From assembly GCA_038523235.1 (NCBI GenBank), contig JBCBJQ010000059.1, positions 1 to 36,189 of the forward strand: a stretch of 36,189 nt of DNA, written 5' to 3'. The stretch is from Cyanobacteria bacterium J06626_4 (GTDB taxonomy: Bacteria; Cyanobacteriota; Cyanobacteriia; Phormidesmidales; Phormidesmidaceae). Below are positions 9,200 through 20,149 of this stretch, in pieces. The first letter of the stretch is position 1, and every line of letters begins with the position of its first letter. The position numbers and the translations under genes are program-made. The notes under the pieces are model-generated. The model saw only the letters and a program-made list of their open reading frames with translations, did no database searches and was not told where the DNA came from.

Positions 9200-10207
9200 T
9201 TAGGTCAGCAGGCAAGCTTCGGCCTTGAGGTCTCGCTCCATCAAGGCTTCAACTGCTTCCTGGGCCGTAATCTTACCGTTCAAAAGCCGGTATACCTGCC
9301 GAGAGATGGGCGCAGGAATTTGTTCGCGGTTAGCGATTTGGATCAGCACGTTGGTTGTATTGACCCCCTCAGCCGTGCTGCCAATTTCCTCTAAAATTTG
9401 CTCCAGTGACTTGCCCTGAGCCAGGCCATACCCGACTCGATAGTTGCGGCTGAGTACGCTGGTGCAGGTCGCTAGCATATCGCCGAGGCCCGACAGGCCG
9501 ACAAAGGTTTCGGCTTGCCCCCCCAGGTGGGTGCCAATGCGCATCATCTCGGGCAGGGCGCGGGTCATCAACGCCGAGCGGGCGTTAGACCCCAGCGCTA
9601 ATCCTTCACAAACGCCGACCGCGATCGCGATGATGTTTTTCAGCGTTCCCCCCAGTTCGGCTCCGAGCGGATCAGGACTGCTATAGACGCGGAAGATCTC
9701 CGACGCAAAAAGATACTGCACGGCTTCCGCGGCCTCGGGATGAGTGCTAGCCGCAACGGTGGCGGAAGGGAGCCCCTGTTCAATTTCTTTGGAGAGGTTG
9801 GGGCCTGACAGCACCACGACAGGATTGTCGGGAAAGGTATCTTGAAAAATTTGTGAGGGCGTGCGGGTGGTCTCGGGATCGAGTCCCTTCGTGGCGGTGA
9901 CCAGAATGGTTTCACGGGGAATACCTGCGGCTTTGAGTTGGGCGGCGATGGCAGGCACCCCTTTCATGGAAACCGCCGACAAAATTACGTGGGAGTCAGC
10001 AATCGCCTCGGCCAACGTCATCGCCGCCCGTCGCGACCACAGGCATACGGTGTGGTCATTCTTTTCGACCAGCTGAGCGAGGGCCGTGCCCCAAGCCCCG
10101 GCCCCCAAAATCGTCAGCTCGGCTGACTCTTTTTGCACCTGCTCAGCGTCGATGGAAATGGGGGAGGAAGTCGTAGAGTCCATAAAACTAAGGGCCGAAC
10201 TCGACAT
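9200..10207 (-). CDS. gpsA: NAD(P)H-dependent glycerol-3-phosphate dehydrogenase
   Basis: ILGAGAWGTALA, TATKGL, LSGPNLSKEI, GGTLKNIIAIA, GLSGLGDMLATC, SRNYRVG, AEGVNT. Start uncertain (10246, 10207 or 10183). Confidence 0.95.
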   Translation of the reverse strand: MSSSALSFMDSTTSSPISIDAEQVQKESAELTILGAGAWGTALAQLVEKNDHTVCLWSRRAAMTLAEAIADSHVILSAVSMKGVPAIAAQLKAAGIPRETILVTATKGLDPETTRTPSQIFQDTFPDNPVVVLSGPNLSKEIEQGLPSATVAASTHPEAAEAVQYLFASEIFRVYSSPDPLGAELGGTLKNIIAIAVGVCEGLALGSNARSALMTRALPEMMRIGTHLGGQAETFVGLSGLGDMLATCTSVLSRNYRVGYGLAQGKSLEQILEEIGSTAEGVNTTNVLIQIANREQIPAPISRQVYRLLNGKITAQEAVEALMERDLKAEACLLT

Positions 10208-10274
10208 AAACAGCAGCCGAGTGACGATTGGCGTCGCCGGGTGCACTCGGGCTCATCAATCATATCAGCGAACT

Positions 10275-11969
10275 CTAAACGGCCTGCAGCGATCGCCCAG
10301 TAGCGGCCTCCGCCATCACATAGTCGGGAATGCAGTTAGCTTCCATAAACTGCTGGTAGGCCTGGACTTCGCGCTGACACTTCTCTTCATCCCAGCCGCA
10401 GTGCTGTTTTAGGGTGGCGAGGATAGGCTCTAACACGTCGTAGCCGTAATTAGCATTCATGGCCAGCACCGTACGTCGCCGCGTAAAGTCGAGCACTGAG
10501 TGGGCCATTTCTGTCCGCATGGCAAAGACCACTTCGGCCCGTAGGTTCGGGTGAGTTGCAAGCAGCCGTTCCGCTAGATCCGGTGCCTCGTCGGTCAGGG
10601 CTAAGAGCGGCAGTGCCCGCGCCCCGTAGACGCCAAACAAATGATCAAGGCTAGCGACGCTGATGCGGTCTCGATAGCGTTGGTAAGCCGCGTCAATGCG
10701 ATCGTCGTCAGGCCAAATGCAGCCCGGTAAGGGCTGATGCCGAGTGGGGGAGGCAGGCACGGCTTTGCCCATTTTTTTGAAGGCCCAATCGGTCATCTCT
10801 TCGCCCACTTGGCGATGGGTGGTGAGCTTGCCGCCAATCAGCGACACTAAGTTGCTGACCCCTTCTTTCGCATGGTCGTAGAGGATGTGTGCGCGGGTAA
10901 TGCTGCCGGCTTTTTTACCTTCGGCGTAGGGCAGCGGACGAATGCCAGAATAGGTGAATTTCACATCGGCGCGGGTAATGCGGGCGGTGGGCAACACCCG
11001 ATTGGTTTCCGTCAGCAGGTAATCAATTTCGTCGTCACTGGCTTTGAACTGGTCGAGGTCACCGGTGTATTTCAAATCCGTGGTGCCAATCAGGAACTGA
11101 CCGCACCACGGCACGATGAAGAAGGGCCGACCGTCCGATTTCGCTTCAACATAGAGCGCGGTGTTGGGCGCTCCCGGAAACGGATCCACAATGATATGAC
11201 TGCCTTTGGTGCCGCCGATTTTGCGGTCGCGGCCAATCGGGTCGGCCTCACCGTCGCGCCGCCCGAGCCCCAACACGCGGTCAACCCAAGGGCCTGAGGT
11301 GTTGACGACCACGCCCTGGGCCGATAGCGTTGCCGTGAAGTTAGCGTCGGCAATTTGATCATAAGCCGTCAGCTCGGTGAGGCGATCGCCCTCGCGTTTG
11401 AGGCCCGTGACGGTGGCATAGTTCAGCACGTCGGCCCCAGCCGCCTGAGCGTCTAACAAAATTTCTAAGCACAGTCGCTCGGCGTGTTCGGCCTGGCCAT
11501 CGTAGTACTGAGCTGCACCCTTAGCATCTTCATGATCGACCGAGCGAAATAGCTGTCGCAGCTTGGCCTTTGACAGCATCCGGTGGTTGGGCAGCGTCTT
11601 GTCGTAGCTGAGAATGTCGTAGAGCACCATGCCCGCTTGAATTTCCCAGTAGCTGCGAGTGCCGACGCCATAGATCGGAATGGTCATCTGAATCGGCTGC
11701 ACGAGATGGGGGGCCGTCCGCAGCAAAATCTCCCGTTCCCGCAATGACTCTCTGACTAGGTGAAATTCGAAATATTCCAGGTAGCGCAGGCCGCCATGCA
11801 CCAGCCGAGTTGACCAGCTCGTCGTACCGCCAGCAAAGTCATTCTTTTCAATCAGCAGCACTGACAATCCCCTGAGGGCCGAGTCTCGCGCTGTCGCCGC
11901 TCCATTCACCCCGCCACCGATGACGACGACGTCATAGTCACGGCGTTGAATCGCTTGGAGATCTCTCAT
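10275..11969 (-). CDS. glpD: FAD-dependent glycerol-3-phosphate dehydrogenase
   Basis: DVVVIGGGVNGAATARD, GGTTSWSTRLVHGGLRYLE, KGSHIIV, IGTTD, YSGIRPL, IGGKLTTHR; start placed at MRDLQ (11969). Confidence 0.95.
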   Translation of the reverse strand: MRDLQAIQRRDYDVVVIGGGVNGAATARDSALRGLSVLLIEKNDFAGGTTSWSTRLVHGGLRYLEYFEFHLVRESLREREILLRTAPHLVQPIQMTIPIYGVGTRSYWEIQAGMVLYDILSYDKTLPNHRMLSKAKLRQLFRSVDHEDAKGAAQYYDGQAEHAERLCLEILLDAQAAGADVLNYATVTGLKREGDRLTELTAYDQIADANFTATLSAQGVVVNTSGPWVDRVLGLGRRDGEADPIGRDRKIGGTKGSHIIVDPFPGAPNTALYVEAKSDGRPFFIVPWCGQFLIGTTDLKYTGDLDQFKASDDEIDYLLTETNRVLPTARITRADVKFTYSGIRPLPYAEGKKAGSITRAHILYDHAKEGVSNLVSLIGGKLTTHRQVGEEMTDWAFKKMGKAVPASPTRHQPLPGCIWPDDDRIDAAYQRYRDRISVASLDHLFGVYGARALPLLALTDEAPDLAERLLATHPNLRAEVVFAMRTEMAHSVLDFTRRRTVLAMNANYGYDVLEPILATLKQHCGWDEEKCQREVQAYQQFMEANCIPDYVMAEAATGRSLQAV

Positions 11970-12186
11970 CTGAAAATCCTTATTAATGCGGCAAATCGGC
12001 TGGTGGGAGAACTTTTGAGAACACAACGCGCTGCCGCTGTCGATGGCAGCGCTGGCATTAATGACGAGGCAGAAGAGCCGCCAGTTCACTTTAATAAAAC
12101 CCCTGTAGGCGTCAAAAATCACACCCGAGCGATCCGCCCTCAGGGGTTGATTGAGGTCGCCGATGGGGCGACCCCTTGCCGTGGCT

Positions 12187-13686
12187 TTAAACTAGCGCAG
12201 GTTCTTCAGGTAGCGCCGTAGCATTGGCTTCACGGAACATATGATTGGCCCATTCCGACACGTCATATTGTTGAATCACCTGGTGCAGCTTTTGCATCCG
12301 CGCTTTTTGCTCTTCTGGGCTCATGGCCAGTGCTTGGTCAATGCACTCATCCATATGCTTGTCAGAGTAGGGATTAGTCAAAATTGCGTCCGGCAGTTCT
12401 ATCGCTGAGCCAGTGAACTCCGACAAGATCAACACGCCATCGCGGCCTTGGTGGGCTGCGATATATTCCTTAGCAACCAGATTGAGGCCGTCCCGCAACG
12501 GGGGAATCCAAGCAATATCGGCGGTGCCATAGAAGGCCATCAGTTCGTGGTAAGGCACTGGTTCTGTAAACAGCAAAATCGGCGTCCAGTTGAGCCGAGA
12601 GAAGCGGCCATTGATTTTGCCGACCAGTTGCTCAATCTGACTTTGGGCGATTTTGTATACCCGCATGCCCGCTGCCGCTTTGACCGCGGTCATGACAAGA
12701 TTGACCTTGCCTTGCATTTCCGGCTGTCGTTCTAACAGGCGCTCATAGCACAACAGCATTTCCCGCGCGCCTTTAACATAGTCCACCCGGCCCGCTGAGA
12801 CGATGAGCTTGTTGTCGCCAATGTCATCGCGAATCTTGCGCACGCTGGCCTGCACTTCTGGCGAATTGACGACCTCGGCAATGTATTGCGGATTGGTGCC
12901 CACAGGAAAGGCATCCAGATGAATCGTGCGCCCCTGATACTCCATTTTGGTGGTCATTTCGGGTTCTGCCAAGGCTAAGCCAAAGGGCGTAAAAGCCTCA
13001 CGGACGGGGCCTTTTTCAACAATTTTGACTTCGCGTAAGCTGCGGGCCACCGAGACAAAATTCTCCACATAGCGAGGAATGTGAAAACCACAGAGATCGC
13101 AGCACAGCAGGCTATCGACGATCGCCTGGCGCCAGTGCAAGATGTTGAATACGTCGGCAGCGGGGAACGGCGTGTGGTGAAAGAAAGCAATTTTGACATT
13201 GGGCATTTTTTGCCGAATGTAATAGGGCGTCAACCACAGGTTGTAATCGTGAATCCAGATCAGGGCATCGTCGGCAGCATCTTCACAAGCCGCGTCGGCA
13301 AACAGCTGATTAATCGCCTGAAAGTTGTCCCAATCAGAACTTTCGTAGGTGAAATGCTCCGGAAAGGAATGCAAAATCGGCCAAAAGGCTTCCTTCGCGG
13401 TGATGTAATAAAACTCCTTAACCTGCTGAGCACTGAGGGGAATGCGCCGGACCTGACAACTCTCATTGCCGCCTTCCATCACGACCCGCTCTTCAAAATT
13501 GGCCTGTTTTTTGGCCGATATCTGTTTCCAGGCGATCCAAGTGCTGCTCTCCGCATTGGCAAAAAAGGTTTTGAGCGTGGGCACGATGCCGTTGGGGCTC
13601 TTTTTGTCGCGGTAGACTGTCTTGCCGTCTACCACAACCTCATCGTAAGGTTCACGGTGATAGAGAATGACCAGGGAAGATTTCAT
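12187..13686 (-). CDS. ggpS: Glucosylglycerol-phosphate synthase (GT20)
   Basis: MKSSLVILYHREPYDE..KSPNGIVPTL N-terminus characteristic of GgpS; WIHDYNL, FFHHTPFP, GRVDYVKG, RDGLNLVAKEY. Confidence 0.95.
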   Translation of the reverse strand: MKSSLVILYHREPYDEVVVDGKTVYRDKKSPNGIVPTLKTFFANAESSTWIAWKQISAKKQANFEERVVMEGGNESCQVRRIPLSAQQVKEFYYITAKEAFWPILHSFPEHFTYESSDWDNFQAINQLFADAACEDAADDALIWIHDYNLWLTPYYIRQKMPNVKIAFFHHTPFPAADVFNILHWRQAIVDSLLCCDLCGFHIPRYVENFVSVARSLREVKIVEKGPVREAFTPFGLALAEPEMTTKMEYQGRTIHLDAFPVGTNPQYIAEVVNSPEVQASVRKIRDDIGDNKLIVSAGRVDYVKGAREMLLCYERLLERQPEMQGKVNLVMTAVKAAAGMRVYKIAQSQIEQLVGKINGRFSRLNWTPILLFTEPVPYHELMAFYGTADIAWIPPLRDGLNLVAKEYIAAHQGRDGVLILSEFTGSAIELPDAILTNPYSDKHMDECIDQALAMSPEEQKARMQKLHQVIQQYDVSEWANHMFREANATALPEEPALV

Positions 13687-14466
13687 ATTCAGTTCTCCTG
13701 ACTACTTACGGCGATAGCAACAATAACAATGAATTAAGTATGGCAAGTTTGAGTCAGCGCCATAACCATCCAAAGGACTACTAACGTTTGTCATACTGCC
13801 ACGATTTGTGGGGCAGGCGGCGGTGCTTTCATCTCCCATGAGAGCCGTCTGTCAGTTGCCTGTTACGTTTTGCTGATCGCTCGTCAGGGCTCAGGAGCAC
13901 CGCCCCGTAAACGAGAGATGGTCGCTGGGCGGGGCCAGATCGCTGCCTGGTGATCTCGATGCCGAGATTTTAGTCAGTGATGAAGCACTTGACTGGGGGC
14001 GATCGCAGCTCTTTAGAAAAGGCCACTTCTGATGTTCGGGCGATCTCGATGAAGCTGCAGAAACCACTCTGACGGTTCTACGCCCTGTTCATGCTTCACT
14101 TACGGCAGCACGACAGTTGAGAAAAGGGGCACAGTCCAATTTGTCACGACAGAATACGATTGTTGAAGTAGCCTTAATACAGTGAATTCTCCCTCGATCG
14201 ACGGGATTAAAAAGCGGGCATCAATGACTTAGGTCTTTCGTCAATAAACTCAATCCTTCATAAAATTCCTATCCAGCACCGTCCCATCTACGCTCACCGA
14301 TTTCCGATGTCTGACAAACTTATAGACAGATAGTCCATCCGCCCAGCGCTTATGGTTTGGGCGATCGCTTCTTTGCAGCGCTATCGTCCAGACCATAAGC
14401 GCTGGCTGCGAGAGGCCACCTAGCTTTTTCTCAATACCGCTCCGTCTACCCAAGAGTATCGATACT

Positions 14467-17001
14467 GTGCAAGTTAAAAGCGTTCGCACTGCTGCTAACC
14501 TCCGCCTCGTTGACGATGAAACCCAGACATTATTGAATTGGGCCGCTTCGGTCATGGCGTCTGAAGACACCTATTTTGGTCGCGGTCAGCGCTTAGCCAA
14601 ACGACTGGGTAGCCACTATCGCCGCGATGGCTTGACGGAATTTGGGTTTTGGACGCCGGAACTGATCGGGGATGTCATTCAGTCAGAGCGCTCGCTCGAA
14701 CTGGAGATTTTTACCCCACTGACGCCCATTCACTTTCAAGAACCGCGTCAGACCGTCGAGTTTCAACATGACTTAGTGCCCGTCGCGCAGCAGGGCGAAT
14801 TCCTCTGGGCCGTAGTTTCAGGGGTCAAAGCCGGTAACCGCACCACCGCTGGCTCTTTTTACTGGCTGCGCTACGTGGATGCTGAGCAGCGAGTGCATAT
14901 TATCCGCGATCCGCTCGCTTATTCCACGCCCTACGGGGTGTTTGCTCCCGCTGAAGTCTACGACATGCGGCGGTTGCAGCGGCGGCGTGCTGACCTGAGC
15001 TACTTTCGCCGTACGGCAGCACCGAAAGGGATACCCGATGCGGAAGTGCCTCGCGTGCCAACGCCGACGAATATTCTGCAAATTCATGTCAAAACGGCTT
15101 CCCCAGAGGGCACGCTGGCAGGCCTGACCAGCATCATTCAGCGGGTGTCTGACAAAATCGCTGCGGGTGAAGCGCTGCTGCCAGCCGAGGAAATCTATAC
15201 CGGGTACGATGCTGTACAGCTTTTACCCGTAGAGCCGACGATTGAATATCGCCGCGAAGACACCAACGGTGAGCACGAATTTTTTGCTCTGGGGGCGTTG
15301 CAAAATTTCTCGGCGGATGAGGATGATACCGACATCGTCCCCGTCACCCTCCGTAAGCCCGATACGCAAAATTGGGGCTACGACGTCCCGATTGTGGCCT
15401 CGTCATCGACGAATCCAGCCGTGTTAAGCAGCCTGCGGCCCGATGAAGTGGTCGATTTTGTCGCGGCTTTGCATAACTTCGCGGGGGGCGCCATCGGCCT
15501 TATTTACGACTTGGTTTATGGCCACTCTGATAACCAAGGCATTGAATTGTTGACGCAACAGTTCTTTAAAGGCCCCAACATGTACGGCCAGGATTTGAAT
15601 CATCAGTTACCTCAGGTACGGGCCATTTTGTTAGAAATGCAGCGCCGCAAAATCAACACGGGGGCTGATGGTGTGCGGGTCGATGGCGGTCAGGACTTTC
15701 GGTTTTTTAATCCGCTCTCAGGCCGGGTGGAACAAGACGATGCCTATTTGTTGGCGATGAGCGATGTGGTGCAAACCATTCACGGGTATCGTCGCCTGAT
15801 GTTCACCATCTTTGAAGACGGACGCCCCTGGCCAGAGGACGGTTGGGAAGAAAAGTCTACCTATCGCGAACTGGTGGAGATGAAACCAGGGTCATTTCAA
15901 TGGGGGCCGTTGATCTTTGCGCACAATACGCCGACGCTTAAGGGTTTCTGGGATCGCAAGTGGCGACGGGTCGGTGAGGTGATTTTTCAAGGCGATCATT
16001 GGATCACTGGCTGTGGCAATCACGATACCGTTCGGCGCGGTAATCAGGTCGCGCCCGAGGCCGCAATCAACTGGAATCTGGGTAAGACGCTGCCCCAAGT
16101 TTTGCACCGAGCCTACAACAATCCAGCCACTTTGCTATGGGTACATGGCTTCTCGCCAGGCTTGCCGATGGACTTTTTGAACGCCACCGTTGAGACGCCC
16201 TGGGGCTTTTTTCGCAATACGGACGATCGCTACGGCGTGAAGGTGGTTTCCGAAGAAGTGGGCTTTCTCGATTGGGAAATTGAGCCCGAAATGTATACCG
16301 ATAGCGATGCCTTTGTGCGGCTAAAGGCGCTGGGGTTTGCCGAGTATGAGCAGCTCCGCGATTTTGCCTATGCCCTCAGAGATGCCATGATCGAAACCGA
16401 CTACGATCTGCAGGCCGTCGCCCAAATCTGCCAGCAGTGCTTGGGCCACAATGGGGAGCATGAAGCTTGCGAAATCCCGGCTCTAGAAGAACTCAATGAA
16501 GAGCCCCACTTACCCCGGTTTTTGGCCACTCTGGATGTGCCGAAGCTGAAGGCGTTTGCGATGGCCTTTATGGAAGATAGCCATGATATGTGTAATGTCG
16601 GTCGATATTTCGCCGGGCTTGATGGGGCAATGACCCATTTCAGCCTGACGCTGCGCCAGTTTCGGTTGACCCATCCTTGGCTGCGGGAAAACCTGACGGG
16701 CCGCGATCGCTTCAACCGCATTAGCGATGACTATCGCACGATCTTTTATGGCTATCGCAGCGAACCCCATGCCGAAACCAGCCCAGCGAAGGAAGTGGTG
16801 ATCTTGACCCACATGGGAGGCGACCCGATGGTGGTCAACCCCGGTGATTGGCTGCAGCTAGACATGGCCGAGTGGAAAGTTGCTTTGGCCACACCGGGCA
16901 TTGACCTCAAAGATGGGGTGAAAGATTGGCGTTCGTTTGAACTGCGAGATGGTGAGGGCGTGCTGTTAATTCCCTTAGAGCAGAGCACGACGGAGACCTG
17001 A
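14467..17001 (+). CDS. gghA: Glucosylglycerol hydrolase (Slr1670-type)
   Basis: DGLTEFGFWTPEL, DPLAYSTPYGVFAPAEVYD, NWGYD, DGVRVDGGQDF, FEDGRPWP, GNHDT; divergent from ggpS as in Synechocystis. Confidence 0.88.
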   Translation: MQVKSVRTAANLRLVDDETQTLLNWAASVMASEDTYFGRGQRLAKRLGSHYRRDGLTEFGFWTPELIGDVIQSERSLELEIFTPLTPIHFQEPRQTVEFQHDLVPVAQQGEFLWAVVSGVKAGNRTTAGSFYWLRYVDAEQRVHIIRDPLAYSTPYGVFAPAEVYDMRRLQRRRADLSYFRRTAAPKGIPDAEVPRVPTPTNILQIHVKTASPEGTLAGLTSIIQRVSDKIAAGEALLPAEEIYTGYDAVQLLPVEPTIEYRREDTNGEHEFFALGALQNFSADEDDTDIVPVTLRKPDTQNWGYDVPIVASSSTNPAVLSSLRPDEVVDFVAALHNFAGGAIGLIYDLVYGHSDNQGIELLTQQFFKGPNMYGQDLNHQLPQVRAILLEMQRRKINTGADGVRVDGGQDFRFFNPLSGRVEQDDAYLLAMSDVVQTIHGYRRLMFTIFEDGRPWPEDGWEEKSTYRELVEMKPGSFQWGPLIFAHNTPTLKGFWDRKWRRVGEVIFQGDHWITGCGNHDTVRRGNQVAPEAAINWNLGKTLPQVLHRAYNNPATLLWVHGFSPGLPMDFLNATVETPWGFFRNTDDRYGVKVVSEEVGFLDWEIEPEMYTDSDAFVRLKALGFAEYEQLRDFAYALRDAMIETDYDLQAVAQICQQCLGHNGEHEACEIPALEELNEEPHLPRFLATLDVPKLKAFAMAFMEDSHDMCNVGRYFAGLDGAMTHFSLTLRQFRLTHPWLRENLTGRDRFNRISDDYRTIFYGYRSEPHAETSPAKEVVILTHMGGDPMVVNPGDWLQLDMAEWKVALATPGIDLKDGVKDWRSFELRDGEGVLLIPLEQSTTET

Positions 17002-17149
17002 TAAGGGGGTGCTGAGCTTCCCCAGTCTTGGGCGAGCCCTGCGAGCCTGATGACCAATGGTCAGCCAGGTTTTGCAACTCCCTGGCTGCTGGCAAAAGAT
17101 GAAGCTAACGGGCTAAATGCTGTCGCTCTGGCGGCTGATCGAGATAGCG

Positions 17150-18487
17150 CTAATGTCCCCCGATGCCCCCGTTGTCATCATTAGGGGAACGGTTGGGGCG
17201 GGTTGATCGTACCTGAACGGAATCCCCGTGAGAGGGTAGTCCCTCCGCTTCGGTGAGTCGGGCGATTGCCGACGAAACTTGATCCAAAGCGCTCGGAGAG
17301 TATTGAATCAGACTGGAATGTTTCATAAACGTTTCGGCACTCAGAGGCGATGCATAGCGAGCTGCCCCTGAGGTCGGCAGAGTATGGTTAGGGCCAGCCA
17401 GATAATCCCCCACGGCTTCTGGGGTGGCATGACCTAAAAAGATCGCTCCGGCATGGCGAATGTGTTCCAGCCAGCGCCAAGGGTCTGCCACTTCCAACTC
17501 GAGGTGTTCGGGAGCAAAGTCATTAGAGAGGGTGATCGCGGTTTCCAGACTGTCCACAACGATCGCGGCCCCATAGTTGGCGATCGCTTTCTCAGTTAAA
17601 GTCTGGCGCGGATGCCCGGCTAGCTGGTGAGCAACCTCGGCGACAACGCTTTCGGCGAGGGCAGCGTCGGGCGTGATCAAAATGGCGGCGGCCATGGGGT
17701 CGTGTTCGGCTTGGGCCAACAGGTCAGTAGCGACATAGACGGGGTCAGCCGTGTGATCAGCAATGATCAACACTTCAGAAGGGCCGGCCAAGGAGTCAAT
17801 GCCGACAGTACCAAACACCTGCTTCTTTGCCAGGGTGACATAAATGTTGCCCGGACCCGTGATCACGTTGACGGCAGGAATTGTCTCAGTGCCGTAGGCG
17901 AGGGCGGCGATCGCCTGCGCTCCGCCCACGCGATAAATTTCCGTCACGCCTGCTTCTTGAGCCGCGACTAGCACGGCGGGGTTAATGGCCCCCTGATCGC
18001 CGGGGGGCGTCACCATGACAATACGCTCGACGCCTGCCACTTGAGCCGGAACGGCATTCATTAAAACCGTGCTGGGGTAAGCGGCTCGTCCACCTGGTAC
18101 ATAGATGCCGGCCCGATCAACGGCGGAATATCGCTTACCTAAGACCACGTCGCCCTTAAATTCCACCCAGCTACTCGGCACCCGCTGGCGATGAAAGGCT
18201 TCAATATTTTGATGCGCGAGCCGAATCGCATCAATCAGTTCCTTTGAGACCTGTTGATAGGCCGCATCAATCTCGGCCCCGCGCACCCGTAATCCCGCTG
18301 CGGTGAGAACCTGCTGATCAAAGTCGGCAGTGTACTGCAGCAACGCCTCGTCACCCTGGCGCTGCACCGCTTGCAGAATTTCTCTAACAGTTGCTTCTTT
18401 GTGAAAAACCTGACTGTCATGGGTGCGGTCACAGATTCGCTGCAACTCTACCTGTGCATCAGCTAACTGGTTGATAATGCGCAGCAT
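17150..18487 (-). CDS. hisD: Histidinol dehydrogenase
   Basis: GIYVPGGRAAYPSTVLM, GGAQAIAALAYG, GPGNIYV, AGPSEV, QAEHD, APEHLE, GDYLAGPNHTLPT. Confidence 0.97.
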   Translation of the reverse strand: MLRIINQLADAQVELQRICDRTHDSQVFHKEATVREILQAVQRQGDEALLQYTADFDQQVLTAAGLRVRGAEIDAAYQQVSKELIDAIRLAHQNIEAFHRQRVPSSWVEFKGDVVLGKRYSAVDRAGIYVPGGRAAYPSTVLMNAVPAQVAGVERIVMVTPPGDQGAINPAVLVAAQEAGVTEIYRVGGAQAIAALAYGTETIPAVNVITGPGNIYVTLAKKQVFGTVGIDSLAGPSEVLIIADHTADPVYVATDLLAQAEHDPMAAAILITPDAALAESVVAEVAHQLAGHPRQTLTEKAIANYGAAIVVDSLETAITLSNDFAPEHLELEVADPWRWLEHIRHAGAIFLGHATPEAVGDYLAGPNHTLPTSGAARYASPLSAETFMKHSSLIQYSPSALDQVSSAIARLTEAEGLPSHGDSVQVRSTRPNRSPNDDNGGIGGH

Positions 18488-18645
18488 TTCGCACAAACCT
18501 GACTTAATAAGCGATAGAGCTTAAGCCACCGAAGGACAGCCCTCCCGTGACCTGAGCTTGTTTAGCAGGAAACCCCTACTGACTTATAGCTTAGCGCGGT
18601 TTCATTTGCCCATCCGTAGGTGGCTGAACCGTTCCCCGGATTTGG

Positions 18646-18654
18646 TGTTATGAT
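18646..18654 (+). promoter_or_regulatory. Candidate extended -10 promoter for rpsT
   Basis: TGnTATGAT about 40 bp upstream of the rpsT GTG. Confidence 0.4.
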
Positions 18655-18694
18655 GCTTAATCTGTCGATTATTCTATGTGAGTTTGGGCGAGCT

Positions 18695-19000
18695 GTGGCA
18701 AATATCAAGTCTGCAATTAAACGCATTCAAGTATCAGAGCGTAACCGGGTACGCAATAAGTCTTATCGGTCAGCCGTCAAAACGCTGACTAAGCGGTACC
18801 TTGATGCCTTAGATGCCTATGCGGCTGACCCCAGTCCTACCGCTGCTGAAACCGTGCAAGCAGAGCTGTCGGCTGTCTTCAGCAAGGTTGACAAAGCAGT
18901 TAAGCGTGGTGTTTATCACGGCAATGCCGGGGCGCGCCGGAAGTCTCGACTCGCTAAAGCCTGGAAAGCAGTCGAAACTCAGAAAGCAACAGCATCCTAA
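18695..19000 (+). CDS. rpsT: 30S ribosomal protein S20
   Basis: (M)[53 protein letters not shown] start at 18695. Confidence 0.97.
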   Translation: MANIKSAIKRIQVSERNRVRNKSYRSAVKTLTKRYLDALDAYAADPSPTAAETVQAELSAVFSKVDKAVKRGVYHGNAGARRKSRLAKAWKAVETQKATAS

Positions 19001-19022
19001 CGACGAGGTCGGACGCTGCCTC

Positions 19023-19844
19023 ATGCAGTTGATTGACACCCACGTTCACATCAATTTTGAAACCTTTCGCCCTGATTTGGACGCCGTAGCCGCTGCTTGG
19101 CGGTCGGTCGGTGTGACTCACTTAGTGCACTCTTGTGTCGAGCCGAGTGAGTTTGCCGCGATGCAGGCGATCGCTGATCGCTACCCAGAGGTTTCACTAG
19201 CCGTGGGGCTGCATCCCCTGGATATGGATAAATGGACGTCCACCACGGCCCAGACTATCGAATCATCGGCTCGGGCCGATTCGCGCGTGGTCGCCATCGG
19301 TGAGACTGGCCTTGATTTTTACAAGGCTGACGATCAAAGCCTGCAAGCAGAGGCCTTTTGGCAGCAGTTGATGATTGCTCATCGATTGGGTTTGCCGGTG
19401 ATTATCCATTGCCGGGACGCGGCAGCGGCGGCGGCTCAGCAAATTAAGGCTTTTCAATCTGAGGTGGGTGCAGTCACTGGGGTGATGCATTGTTGGGCCG
19501 GTACACCGGAGGAAACGCAGTGGTTCTTGGACTTGGGGTTTTACGTCAGCTTTAGTGGCATTGTGACGTTTAAGAATGCCCACCAAGTCAAAGCCTCAGC
19601 GCAACTGGTGTCCAGCGATCGCCTCTTGATAGAAACTGATTGCCCATTCTTGACGCCGGTGCCTCGCCGTAAAGAACGGCGTAATCAACCCGCTAACGTA
19701 TTGCATGTTGCCAGCTACTTGGCTGAACTGCGACAGGAGTCTTTAGCGACTTTGGCTGATCAGACAACCGCTAACGCGATCCGCCTATTCCGGCTACCGC
19801 TCGATAGCCCGGTTTACTCGAATGTGAGTGAATCTACGGGTTGA
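19023..19844 (+). CDS. tatD: TatD family hydrolase/DNase
   Basis: [45 protein letters not shown]. Confidence 0.95.
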   Translation: MQLIDTHVHINFETFRPDLDAVAAAWRSVGVTHLVHSCVEPSEFAAMQAIADRYPEVSLAVGLHPLDMDKWTSTTAQTIESSARADSRVVAIGETGLDFYKADDQSLQAEAFWQQLMIAHRLGLPVIIHCRDAAAAAAQQIKAFQSEVGAVTGVMHCWAGTPEETQWFLDLGFYVSFSGIVTFKNAHQVKASAQLVSSDRLLIETDCPFLTPVPRRKERRNQPANVLHVASYLAELRQESLATLADQTTANAIRLFRLPLDSPVYSNVSESTG

Positions 19845-20149
19845 TCGCCTGATAGAGAAGGATTTTGATAGAGCCTTAACATATTTTTTCGAGAAATAGG
19901 TGTTGACAAATGTCTTAAGGTACGTTCTTTTTGCTAAGCTGGTTTGAAGTGTGAAATATTACCGGTGGAATCTGAGGTAATGTATTGTTTCTGTCTGAAA
20001 AAGGAAGTTGAGTTTGATCCCGAGCTCGATCCCTAGCCATGCATCGCTAAAACCAATTTTTCAGTCCGTTATTGTGAGTCCACCACGGCAATCTAGAAGG
20101 GGTCATAGATTTAGTGTTCAGAGATTTATTGAGGACAACCGCATGGGTT

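Noticed and set aside
9200..10207. gpsA pseudogene (short Rossmann segment after WSRR)
   Set aside because: The frame and catalytic motifs are intact, and the shorter form is, to my knowledge, usual for cyanobacterial GpsA.
14168..14180. NtcA site in the ggpS/gghA spacer
   Set aside because: GTA-N7-TAC has the wrong spacing.
14250..14570. ggpR-like small regulator
   Set aside because: It overlaps the gghA start on the opposite strand, lies far from the ggpS start and has no recognisable similarity.
18813..19022. N-terminal extension of TatD or an rpsT-tatD overlap
   Set aside because: This is an alternate frame within rpsT; TatD homology begins at ATG 19023.
19902..19930. Sigma70 promoter from TTGACA
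   Set aside because: No acceptable -10 hexamer at 16-18 bp spacing.
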